Below, piece after piece: positions 19,775-28,711 of a stretch of 64,000 nucleotides of DNA. The position numbers and the translations under genes were made by a program. Source of the DNA: an uncultured delta proteobacterium. Lineage in GTDB: Bacteria > Myxococcota_A > Polyangia > Polyangiales > Polyangiaceae. Each line of letters opens with the position of its first letter. Position 1 is the first letter of the stretch. The notes beneath the pieces are model-generated. The model saw only the letters and a program-made list of their open reading frames with translations, was not told the DNA's origin and did no database searches. The DNA lies in contig CAWAIF010000003.1 of the NCBI GenBank assembly GCA_963782055.1, positions 1,536,001 through 1,600,000 of the forward strand. The letters are read 5' to 3'.

Positions 19775-20371
19775 TCATGCCGGGGGCGCGGCGAGCTGGT
19801 ACGCGCGATCGATCTGGCGCCGGTGGTGGTCCCGGCGGGCCCGAGCGCGGCGCATGCGGTCCTGCTCCCTCCGCACCCAGAACCCGTACTCGGTGAGCCT
19901 GTCGAGCGTGGCCTCGTCGCCGAACCCGACGCGAATGCGCATGCAGAGCGCCTCGAGGTGTCTGCGCGCGCTGGCGCAGGCGCGCGCGGCGGGCCAGCGG
20001 CGCTCACCCGGCGCAAGCGCGCCGTCGAGCGCCAGCCCCACGTGCCCGACGAGCACCAGCCCGTAGAACGCCCGGCGCACCCGGCGACGCCCCTCCGCCG
20101 TGAGCGCGACGATGCAATCGCGCCCATCGCGCCGCCGCGTGACGAGCCCGAGCTGCTCGAGCGAGATCATCATGCGGCTGATGGTGGAGCGCGCCACGCC
20201 CAGCCCGCGCCGCAGGTTGCTCTGCAGGTGAACGCACCGCGTCCCGAGCCGGTAGAGCGCATCGAGCAGGTCGAACCGCGCCGCGGTGAGCCCCATCGCC
20301 CGGAGCGCCCGCCGCGTCAGCTTGAGCGTCGCGTAGTAGGCCCGCTTGATCGAGAAGAACACAGGATCCAT
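19775..20371 (-). CDS. MarR-family transcriptional regulator
   Basis: GLTAARFDLL...QSNLRRGLGVARSTISRMMISLEQLGLV...VALTAEG winged helix. Confidence 0.85.
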   Translation of the reverse strand: MDPVFFSIKRAYYATLKLTRRALRAMGLTAARFDLLDALYRLGTRCVHLQSNLRRGLGVARSTISRMMISLEQLGLVTRRRDGRDCIVALTAEGRRRVRRAFYGLVLVGHVGLALDGALAPGERRWPAARACASARRHLEALCMRIRVGFGDEATLDRLTEYGFWVRREQDRMRRARARRDHHRRQIDRAYQLAAPPA

Positions 20372-20659
20372 CCCCACCCCCAAAGCACCCCCCATGCCAC
20401 CCCCCCCTCTCCGCAGATTCCCGCTGAAACGTCGGATTGTCAGCGTGCTAGCACTGCGACGTTTGGTGTCCGGGGACAGGGGAGGGGGACAGGGGGTCGG
20501 GGCTTCGGTGGTTGAGCTGGCGGGGGGGAGCGGCTGCCGGCGGGTTGTTGGCGGCAGCGTGTGGCTTTGCTGGGCTACGTGGCCAGCTTGCGGTGAGGAT
20601 GGGGTGCACGCCCGTGACGGGGCGCGTTGGCGCGGGCGCCAGCGGCACGTGGTTGGACT

Positions 20660-21736
20660 ATGCTCCACGCCGTGCGTCCGTCCCACGTCCTGGCGACCGT
20701 CCTCGTGCTGGCCACCACGCTCGGGGGTGGGGCGCTGGAGTGCAGCACCCGCGCGCAGGTCCGCGCGCAGCGCGGCGAGCGGATCTACGGGAAGATGTGC
20801 GCCGTCTGCCACGGCGCGGCGGGGGAGGGTTACAAGGCGGACAACGCGCCGGCGCTCGGGCACCCGAGCTTCCTCGCGTCGGTCAGCGACGACTTCCTGC
20901 GCGACACCATCACCGACGGGCGCGGAGCCACCACCATGTCCGCGTGGGGCGCCGAGCATGGCGGACCGCTCCAGCCAGACCAGGTCGACGCGCTCGTCAC
21001 CTTCCTCCACACCTGGGAGATGATGCCGCGCGCCAACCTGGACGAGCGCCCGCTCGCCGGGGACTCAAGCCGCGGCGCCGGCATCTTTGCGCGGGAGTGT
21101 ACGCGCTGCCACGGCATCCGCGGCCGCGGCGGGCCGAACGTCAGCGTCGGCCACCCGCAGCTCCTCGCGCACGCCTCCAACGGCTTCCTGCGCTACGCCA
21201 TCCGGCACGGCCGACCAGGCACCGCGATGCCTGCCTTCGGCGACAAGCTGGGCGACAGGGGCATCGACGACGTCATCGCCGCCCTCCGAGGCTGGCGTGC
21301 CGCGGACCTGCCGCGCTTCCGCCCGCCGCCGTCGCGCTCGCCGCCGCTCCCGCTCGGCCCCGTGCCCCTCAACCCCGACGGGCCGGAGCCCGTGGGCTTC
21401 CGCAAGTCGCCGCTCACCACGCCGGCGGAGTTGATCAAGGGCCAGCTCGATCGCGGCGCGCGCATGGCGCTGCTGGATGCGCGCGCGCCCTCCGATTACA
21501 CCCGCCAGCACATCGCCGGCGCCGTGAGCGTCCCCTTCTACGATCCCGACCCGTACGTTCCGCTGCTCCCGAAGGACGCCTGGCTGGTCTGCTACTGCTC
21601 CTGCCCGCACGCCGAGTCGGGGCAGCTTGCCGCGAAACTCCGCGCCAAGGGGTTCACGAAGGTCACGGTCCTCGACGAGGGCCTAGGATTCTGGAACCGG
21701 CAGGGCTACCCGACGCACACTGGCGCCGACCCTTGA
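20660..21736 (+). CDS. Diheme c-type cytochrome fused to a rhodanese domain
   Basis: Signal peptide. CAVCH with TTMSAW and CTRCH with TAMPAF. Rhodanese LLDARAPSDY...HIAGA...YCSCPH...LDEG. Confidence 0.85.
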   Translation: MLHAVRPSHVLATVLVLATTLGGGALECSTRAQVRAQRGERIYGKMCAVCHGAAGEGYKADNAPALGHPSFLASVSDDFLRDTITDGRGATTMSAWGAEHGGPLQPDQVDALVTFLHTWEMMPRANLDERPLAGDSSRGAGIFARECTRCHGIRGRGGPNVSVGHPQLLAHASNGFLRYAIRHGRPGTAMPAFGDKLGDRGIDDVIAALRGWRAADLPRFRPPPSRSPPLPLGPVPLNPDGPEPVGFRKSPLTTPAELIKGQLDRGARMALLDARAPSDYTRQHIAGAVSVPFYDPDPYVPLLPKDAWLVCYCSCPHAESGQLAAKLRAKGFTKVTVLDEGLGFWNRQGYPTHTGADP

Positions 21737-21822
21737 CCCGGACGCGCCGCGTCTCACCTCGCTAGCGAGAGGGCGCTCGTGATAAGGTCAGCCACTTATA
21801 CCCTACGCAACGAGGGAGACAG

Positions 21823-23169
21823 ATGCGGTCGATGGCACGCTGGGGAACTGTGTTGGTCGGGGCGGGGCTGCTCGGCGGCGGCGCGCTGCTGAACTGTGTC
21901 GGCGATTCGCCGGTCGGGCCGGGCCTCGACGCCGGCACGGACGTCACGACCCCCGCCGACGCCTCCGGCACCGACTCCGGCGGCGGGGACGCCGGGGGCT
22001 GCTCGGCGCGCGCGGTCGACGACGCGAAGGGCATCTACGTGAGCATCAACGGGGCGGACTCGCCGACGTGCGGCGCGCGCACCGCGCCCTGCCAGACGAT
22101 CCAGAGCGGCGTGAACCAGGCCAAGCTGCTCGGGCGCTCCACCGTGTACATCGCCCGCGGCACCTTCAAGGAGTCGGTGACCATGGCCCCCGGCGTCACC
22201 CTCGAGGGCGGCTGGGACACACTCAGCGCGCAGTGGGTGCCCATCTGCGGGAGCGACGAGATCAGCGCGGTGAAGATCGTGATGCCCGACGCAGAGAGCA
22301 AGGTCATCACCGCCGACTTCAAGGGCGCCACGGGCTTGCGCCTGCTCAGCGTGCTCGGCAAGGCCACCGTCGCGCCGGGCGAGTCGGTCTACGGCGTGCT
22401 CGCCCACGACGCCACGGTGACCCTCGACTCGGTCGTGGTGAACGTCGGTGACGCTGGCGCGGGCAGTGACGCCGACGCCGGGGCGACGGGCGCCAGCGGC
22501 GGCGTCAAGTGCGCGGAGAGCACCGGCGCCGCGGGTAAGGCCGCGAAGGACGGCACCGGCGCCCCCGCCGGCACCTTCGGCGCGAACGGCTACGTCCTCT
22601 CCGACGGGACGGCGGGCGCCTCCGACGGCGGGACCGGCACCGCAGGCGCGTGCAACATCACCCCGAGCTGCTTCACCGTTTGCAACACCTGCACCAAGGA
22701 CTGCGTCAAGGACCTCGCCGGGTGCGGCGGTGGCCCGGGCAGCGGGGGTGGCGGCGGCACCGGCGGCGGGAGCAGCATCGCGGTCTACGGATGGAACGCC
22801 ACCTTCACCCTCGTGGGCGGGTCCTACACCGCGGGCAATGGCGGCAACGGCGGCAACGGCGGCGCCGGCGGCCCCGGCGGCACCGGCGGCGCCGGCAGCA
22901 ACGAGCAGGAGCTCTGTCTCTCCTCGTGCGACCAGAACGGCTGCGCGTCGGTGGGCGATCAGACCCTCGCCGCGGGCAACACGGGCGGCGCAGGCGGCCC
23001 AGGCGGCGCGGGCGGTGGCGGTGCGGGCGGCTTCTCCTACGCCGTCTTCAACGGCGGCGACGCTGGCGCCGTCACCACCCAGAACGCCCCCACGTTCGTC
23101 CACGGCACCGCCGGCACCGGCGGCTCTCTCGGCGGCGCGACCGGCCTCGCGGGCGACAAGGGGCCCTGA
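21823..23169 (+). CDS. Gly-rich (PGRS-like) lipoprotein with DUF1565-like N-terminal domain
   Basis: LLNC lipobox, YVSINGADSPTCG..PCQTIQ and GGNGGNGGAGG repeats. GAGGGAG RBS. Confidence 0.75.
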   Translation: MRSMARWGTVLVGAGLLGGGALLNCVGDSPVGPGLDAGTDVTTPADASGTDSGGGDAGGCSARAVDDAKGIYVSINGADSPTCGARTAPCQTIQSGVNQAKLLGRSTVYIARGTFKESVTMAPGVTLEGGWDTLSAQWVPICGSDEISAVKIVMPDAESKVITADFKGATGLRLLSVLGKATVAPGESVYGVLAHDATVTLDSVVVNVGDAGAGSDADAGATGASGGVKCAESTGAAGKAAKDGTGAPAGTFGANGYVLSDGTAGASDGGTGTAGACNITPSCFTVCNTCTKDCVKDLAGCGGGPGSGGGGGTGGGSSIAVYGWNATFTLVGGSYTAGNGGNGGNGGAGGPGGTGGAGSNEQELCLSSCDQNGCASVGDQTLAAGNTGGAGGPGGAGGGGAGGFSYAVFNGGDAGAVTTQNAPTFVHGTAGTGGSLGGATGLAGDKGP

Positions 23170-23186
23170 TGCTCGGCCCCCCGCGC

Positions 23187-24449
23187 TCACTCGCTCCCTG
23201 ACGACACTCCGCCGCGCCGCGCGCGCACCAGCCGCTCGGCGATGACGACGTGGCGGCGCCACTGGCCGTACATCGCGCCCTCCGACTCCAGCCGCGCCAT
23301 GCCCAGCGCCGTCGCCTCGTCGATGGGGGTCGGCACCGCGTCACGCAGCGGCGTGCCGGGCAGCGGCATGAAGGCGTGGCTGTGGATGCGCGCGCCCATC
23401 GCCACCAGTCTGTCGGCCAGGGCGAACGTCGCGGCGCGGTCCGCCTCCGTCTCGCCGGGCAACCCGAAGAGGAAGTCCACGTCGGCGCGGAAGCCCATCG
23501 CGCGGCATGTCTCCACCGCGCGCACCACCTCCGCCACGCCGTGGCCGCGCCGGGTGGCCTCCAGGAGCCGGTCCGACCCGCTCTGTGCGCCGACGATGAG
23601 CGAGCGGTTGTCCGCCCACCGCGCCAGCACCTCCAGCGCCTCCCGCGTCAGGTGCTCCGGCCGCACCTCCGAGGGGAACGTGCCGAAGTAGATGGCGCCG
23701 TCCTCGCCCAGCTCCTCGCGCACCGCGCGCAGCAGCGCCTCCACCGCGGCGAGGTTGGGCTCGGTCCCCTCCGACCCGTACGAGAGCGACGTGGGGGTGA
23801 CGAAGCGCATGAAGCGGGCGCCCTGCGCGTGCATGCGCGCGACCTCCCCGCGCGCGTTCTCCACGCTGCGGTGGCGAAAGCGCGCCTTGAACACGTATGG
23901 AGTCTGGCAGAAGGCGCACGCGTAGACGCACCCGCGCGTCAGCTCGATGGGGTTCCACTTGCCGAAGCGCTCGTTGAACGAGGGGAATGCGTCCAGCGGC
24001 GCGCGAGGGCCCGGTCCATGCGAAACCAGGCGATCCCGCTCCAGGTAGGCGAAGCCGGCGAGACCGTGCGCGTCGCCGCCGCGCGCCACGAGCTCGACGA
24101 TCGACGTCTCTCCCTCGCCGAGGGCCACCACGTCGAAGCTGGCCCGCAGCGTCGCGAGCGGCTCCGCCGTCGCGTGCACCCCACCCGCCACGTGCACCCC
24201 GCGCGAGGTGCGCGCGCGTACCCGGGCGAGGTCGGCGGCGGAGGTCTCGAAGTCCGGCGAGTAGAAGGACCAGAGGACGAGCACCGGCCCTGCCGCGGTG
24301 TCGATGGCGTCCACGAGCTCGTCCACGCCGCCGGCGAAGACGACGTCCGCGCCGGCGGTGCGCGCGTCGGCGTCCAGCGCCGCCGTCACCACGTTGAGCG
24401 CCGCGCGTCCGCTCCGCGCGTGGTGCGCGACGACGCGCGGACGGGTCAC
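23187..24449 (-). CDS. B12-binding-domain radical SAM protein (TIGR04013-like)
   Basis: AGGVHAT..GEGE cobalamin-binding region, TRGCVYACAFC (CxxxCxxC), FPSEVRPE and GAQSGS. Confidence 0.85.
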   Translation of the reverse strand: MTRPRVVAHHARSGRAALNVVTAALDADARTAGADVVFAGGVDELVDAIDTAAGPVLVLWSFYSPDFETSAADLARVRARTSRGVHVAGGVHATAEPLATLRASFDVVALGEGETSIVELVARGGDAHGLAGFAYLERDRLVSHGPGPRAPLDAFPSFNERFGKWNPIELTRGCVYACAFCQTPYVFKARFRHRSVENARGEVARMHAQGARFMRFVTPTSLSYGSEGTEPNLAAVEALLRAVREELGEDGAIYFGTFPSEVRPEHLTREALEVLARWADNRSLIVGAQSGSDRLLEATRRGHGVAEVVRAVETCRAMGFRADVDFLFGLPGETEADRAATFALADRLVAMGARIHSHAFMPLPGTPLRDAVPTPIDEATALGMARLESEGAMYGQWRRHVVIAERLVRARRGGVSSGSE

Positions 24450-25129
24450 TCGAAGCCTTGCGTGATGGCGGCGGGCCGGGCGTGCTCCGCCGCCGACGCC
24501 TGCACCGCCGCCCCCGCCGCCGCGAGCATCCCCACCGCCGCGATCCCGATGCTCAGCCGCCGGATCCTGTGGCGGCGGCGCGTGCCCCAGGGGCAGTCGT
24601 CGGTGAGCACCGTGCCGTCGGTGCGGCGATAGAAGCGCACGCACACGTCGCCGCGCGCCTTGCTCTCCAGCAAGGCCTCCGCCTGCTCGGCCGTCATCGC
24701 GGTCAGGTCGTGGACGTTCTTCTTGCACATGGCGCAGAAGCGGGTGCTGTCAGTCCCGGACATCTCGCTCCAGAGCGCGGGGCACGGCGCGGCGACGTGC
24801 AGCGTGGCGAGGTGCGGGAGCTGTCGTCGCACGCCGAGGCTCTCGATCTGCCGGCGCACCGACTCGATCTCGCGCATCACCGCGTCCTCGCGGCCGCGCG
24901 GAGGCTCGACCGCCTCCCGCGCGCGCCGCGCCTGCGCGATGTCCCGCTCGAGCGAATCCGGCGCGCGGTACGGGGCGACGGTGCCGCGGTGGGCGTCGCG
25001 CGACCCTTCCAGCCGGCGTTCCTCGCTGCGCAGCTCGCGCGCCTTCTCGGTCCCCCGCCGGATCTCCTCGAGCGAGGCCTGCAGTGCGTCCTCGCGCGTC
25101 CTCAGCCCACCGAGCGTGCGATGGTTCAT
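24446..25129 (-). CDS. Hypothetical membrane-anchored protein with conserved Cys domain
   Basis: Coiled-coil N-terminus, PCPALWSEM..RFCAMCKKNVHDL..CVRFYRRTDGTVLTDDCP and a C-terminal hydrophobic helix. Confidence 0.7.
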   Translation of the reverse strand: MNHRTLGGLRTREDALQASLEEIRRGTEKARELRSEERRLEGSRDAHRGTVAPYRAPDSLERDIAQARRAREAVEPPRGREDAVMREIESVRRQIESLGVRRQLPHLATLHVAAPCPALWSEMSGTDSTRFCAMCKKNVHDLTAMTAEQAEALLESKARGDVCVRFYRRTDGTVLTDDCPWGTRRRHRIRRLSIGIAAVGMLAAAGAAVQASAAEHARPAAITQGFE

Positions 25130-25244
25130 GCCATGAGGATCCCACCAGTCGCGCCCGTTGGCCAGCCTCGGAGGGCTTGCCATCTTCTCGTCCGGTCGCG
25201 CGAACCTGACCGCCTGGCAGGCGCCTCGGCTCTCCCGCGGGTGG

Positions 25245-26702
25245 TCACCCCAGGCGCTCGAGCACCGCGATGACGTGCTCCGGGCTGCGCTCGCTCAGCT
25301 TGCGCAGCTTGGCCGCGTCGAAGAACGCGATCGTCGTCTCCGGGCGCGCCACCGCGGTGATGGGCGAGGCGATCTGGTGGAGGGCGTCGCGCATGCCGAA
25401 GAACTGGTCGGCGGGCACGGTGCCCACCTCCCTCTCGCCCTGGAAGAGGGCGAGCTCCCCGCGCGCCACCAGCAGGGCCACGTCCGGCACCACGTCGCCC
25501 AGCAAGAGGAGCGTCTCCTCCTTGAAGGTCTCCAGTCGCTGGATGCACGCCAGCATCTCGTCGCGCACGTGCACGTCGAGCTGGCTCATCGTCTCGTGCA
25601 TGGAGAAGAAGGAGTCGATGCGGTGGAGCTGCTTGGTGGAGACGATGCGCTCGGCGAAGCCGGTGTCCTTCGTCATCGCCAGCTTGACGATGGCGGCGGG
25701 GAGGACCCACACCTCGCTCACGCGCTCCGCGCGCAGCGTCGCCGTGCAGTGCGGCTCGCCCTCCACCAGCACGCTGGACTCGCCGAGCAGCCAGCCGGGG
25801 TAGCAGCAGCGCACCAGCCACGAGCCGCCGGAGGGTTTCTCCAGGAGCACGCCCACCAGCCCGCTGCGGACGACGAACACGTTCCTCGACGGCTCGCCCT
25901 CCTGCACGAGCACCTCCTCCGGCGCCAGGGTGCGCAGCTCCGCCTTCTCGGCGAGCCACGCGCTCACGTCCTCCGGCAGGCCGGCGAAGCTGCGGCAGTC
26001 GGTGAGCGCGCCGAGCGGCGTCAGGCGCTTGCGCCCGTCCTCCAGGAGCTGGTGGATGGGGGAGCGGCCGTAGGCCTCCTTGCCCAGCATCTCCAGCGCG
26101 GTCGCCCCGACGCGCTCGAGCGCGGTCATGTCGAAGCGGTCGGCGAGCTCGCGCGCCGCGGCCTCCAGGTAGCCGAGCGCGAGATGCTCCTGCCCGAGAG
26201 CCTTCTCGACGCGCGCCATCCGGAACAGGGTGTCACCCTGGGTCTCGTGATCGCGGAGCAGCCGCGGGAGCTGCTCGCGCGCCATGCGCAGCGCCTCCAG
26301 GTTGCCGGCCGCGAGCGCCTTGTCGACGCGCGCCTCCAGGTCATCGAGGGAGCTCGGCGCGATCTCGTCCAGCATGTCGCCGACATCGTCCTCGCCCCCG
26401 CCCAGGTCGGCGAAGTCGCCCATCGGATCGGGGGGCGGCGGCGCGAGCGACGCGCGCGCGAGGTGGTTGCGCACTGCCTCGACCACGTCGTCTGGGCCGA
26501 TCAGGCGCGAGAGCTTGCCGTCGTCCTCGACGGTGACGTCGGCCACGTGGATCGCGCCCGAGGGCGCGTTCAGCACCACCGTGACGTCCCACGCGTCGTC
26601 GGCGACGCGTCGCACGCGTCGCACGTCGCGTACCTCAAGCAGCCTGCCGAACTCGCGGCGGAGCTGCTCGGTGACGGCCTCCCACACTTCTTCGCGTGTC
26701 AC
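25245..26702 (-). CDS. Tandem cyclic-nucleotide-binding-domain protein with helical/TPR-like N-terminal part
   Basis: QEGEPSRNVFVVRSG...GESSVL...TATLRA and a second degenerate cNMP domain (FFGMRDAL). Confidence 0.8.
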   Translation of the reverse strand: MTREEVWEAVTEQLRREFGRLLEVRDVRRVRRVADDAWDVTVVLNAPSGAIHVADVTVEDDGKLSRLIGPDDVVEAVRNHLARASLAPPPPDPMGDFADLGGGEDDVGDMLDEIAPSSLDDLEARVDKALAAGNLEALRMAREQLPRLLRDHETQGDTLFRMARVEKALGQEHLALGYLEAAARELADRFDMTALERVGATALEMLGKEAYGRSPIHQLLEDGRKRLTPLGALTDCRSFAGLPEDVSAWLAEKAELRTLAPEEVLVQEGEPSRNVFVVRSGLVGVLLEKPSGGSWLVRCCYPGWLLGESSVLVEGEPHCTATLRAERVSEVWVLPAAIVKLAMTKDTGFAERIVSTKQLHRIDSFFSMHETMSQLDVHVRDEMLACIQRLETFKEETLLLLGDVVPDVALLVARGELALFQGEREVGTVPADQFFGMRDALHQIASPITAVARPETTIAFFDAAKLRKLSERSPEHVIAVLERLG

Positions 26703-27025
26703 GCGCCAAGCCTACCGGGCTTTGGCCGCGCTCGAAACTGAGGTCCGCCCGGAGGGCGGCCGACAGCCCGAAGGGCACGCAGACTGAGGCCACCGGACAG
26801 ATCGCGCGCAAGTGCCTGAAATTTGGTCGCGCCAGCCGGACTTCTGGTCCTGTTCAGCTTGCATGTCGGGCGGGGATCTGGTGTGTTCGTTGGGATACTG
26901 CTTCCGTGGCGTTGATCCGCCGTCCGGCCCGTGTCGGATGTGCCTTCGTCGCGCCGCGCTACGAGCCCGCCAATTCCGGCGATCGGGCGTCAGGGGAGGC
27001 GTATCGGAAACACAAAGGGAGCTCG

Positions 27026-28711
27026 ATGAAGGAACACGCCTGGCAAACCCTGTCCCAAGCAACCCCCGAAGTGGCGGCGCCCAACAAGCCCGCCGACCCG
27101 CGCCTCGAGGCCATCTGGGCTCGCGCCTACCGCGCGAAGACCCGCGATGACCTCAAACAGCTCTACGCCGACTGGGCCGAGACCTACGACGCCGACCACG
27201 ACACGGTCGGGTTCTTCGGGCACCGGTTGACGGCCGAGGTGCTGGCGCGGCAGCTCACGCGACGTGACGCTGCGAGGGTTCTGGACGCGGGTGCCGGGAC
27301 GGGTGCGGCGGGCGAGGCGCTCGCCGGCCTGGGCTTCAAGGACCTCGTCGCCGTCGATCTCAGCGACGCGATGCTCGCGCGCGCAAGAGAGAAGGGCGTG
27401 TACTCGCAGACGATGGTCGCGGACCTCTCGCTGCCGGTCGACGCCTTCGGCGACGACGCCTTCGACGCGGCGGTGCTCGTCGGCGTCTTCTCCTACGGGC
27501 AGGCCCCGGCGGAGGCGCTCGACGAGATCATCCGCATGGTGCGGCCTGGCGGCGTCGTCGCCTTCACCCTCCGCACCGACTTCTACGGCGAGGACGCCAT
27601 GGGCGTCCGCACCAAGATGCAGCTCCTCGAGCGACGCGGCACGTGGCACCTGCTCGAGACCACCGAGCCCGCGCCGTACCTGCCTGGCAAGGATCCCGAA
27701 GCCAAGTTCCAGGTGTGGTGCTACCGCGTCACCGGCCAGAAGACGCCGGAGGTGGAAGAGGGCTTCGACACCGCGGTGCGCGAGGCGCTCGCGGGCGACG
27801 ACTGGGTGAAGAAGATCGACCACGCGTGGATCTGGGACTCCACCGCCTCGCGTCTCTACGATCGCTACACGCAGACGGCCGGCTACTACCTGACGGACTG
27901 CGAGGAGGAGATCCTCCGCGACCGCGCGAAGGAGATCCTCGGCGAGGAGCGCCTCGTCGTGGAGCTCGGCTGCGGCTCGGCGCGCAAGATCTCGCACGTG
28001 CTCCAGGCGTGCGTCGATCGCGGCGGCCCCGTCCGCTACCTCCCGATCGACGTGTCGAAGGGCGCCCTCAAGGCGACGGAGGCCGACGTGCGCCGCCGCT
28101 TCGGCGACAAGGTCACCATCGAGCCGCGGCAGGGCATGTTCGACGACGTGCTGCCGACGCTGCCGGTGGGCGAGAAGAAGCTCGTCTTCTTCTTCGGCTC
28201 CTCCATCGGCAACCTGGACACGATCGACGACACGGTGACGTTCCTCGCGCGGCTGCGCACGCGGCTGCACCCGGGCGACCGGTTCGTCGTCGGCATGGAC
28301 CTGCACAAGGACGAGTCGGTTCTGGAGGCGGCGTACAACCACGAGGAGGCGTGCCGCGCCTTCTTCGCGCACATGATCCGGCGCATCAACGAGCACCTCG
28401 GCGCCGACTTCGACCCGCGCGTCTTCAAGCTCGCCTCGGAGTACATCCCGGAGAAGACGAAGGCGCCTTTCCGCTCGTGGCGCATGGCCCTGCGCGTCGC
28501 GCCGACGGAGCCGCAGCACACCTGGGTGCGCGCGCTCGGGATGGAGGTGCACCTCGAGCCGGGGCAGCCGGTGCAGGTGGGTCTCTCGCGCAAGTTCGAG
28601 CCGGAGAGCATCGCCAAGCTCGCGGGCCTGGCGGAGCTCAAGCTCACGCGGCAGTGGCTCGACAAGCGCAAGTGGTTCTCGCTCAACGAGCTCGAGCTTC
28701 CTTCCGGATGA
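27026..28711 (+). CDS. Double SAM methyltransferase: class I MTase fused to an EgtD/Methyltransf_33-like domain
   Basis: N-domain LYADWAETYD, VLDAGAGTG, DLSDAML. C-domain YYLTDCEEEIL, VELGCGSARK, PIDVS, GSSIGNL, GMDLHKD, SRKF. AAGGGAG RBS. Confidence 0.85.
   Translation: MKEHAWQTLSQATPEVAAPNKPADPRLEAIWARAYRAKTRDDLKQLYADWAETYDADHDTVGFFGHRLTAEVLARQLTRRDAARVLDAGAGTGAAGEALAGLGFKDLVAVDLSDAMLARAREKGVYSQTMVADLSLPVDAFGDDAFDAAVLVGVFSYGQAPAEALDEIIRMVRPGGVVAFTLRTDFYGEDAMGVRTKMQLLERRGTWHLLETTEPAPYLPGKDPEAKFQVWCYRVTGQKTPEVEEGFDTAVREALAGDDWVKKIDHAWIWDSTASRLYDRYTQTAGYYLTDCEEEILRDRAKEILGEERLVVELGCGSARKISHVLQACVDRGGPVRYLPIDVSKGALKATEADVRRRFGDKVTIEPRQGMFDDVLPTLPVGEKKLVFFFGSSIGNLDTIDDTVTFLARLRTRLHPGDRFVVGMDLHKDESVLEAAYNHEEACRAFFAHMIRRINEHLGADFDPRVFKLASEYIPEKTKAPFRSWRMALRVAPTEPQHTWVRALGMEVHLEPGQPVQVGLSRKFEPESIAKLAGLAELKLTRQWLDKRKWFSLNELELPSG

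Noticed and set aside
22720..23160. GGCGGC-rich repeats as a DNA repeat array or CRISPR
   Set aside because: They encode Gly-rich protein sequence, with no constant repeat and unique spacers.
23187..25129. B12 radical SAM plus Cys-containing upstream ORF as a RiPP pair
   Set aside because: The upstream ORF is a 227-aa membrane-anchored protein rather than a precursor, and there is no RRE, protease or transporter adjacent.
26715..27025. Possible SAM riboswitch upstream of the methyltransferase operon (hairpins, GCCAATTCC)
   Set aside because: The other SAM-I core elements were not found. An Infernal/Rfam scan would be needed to decide.
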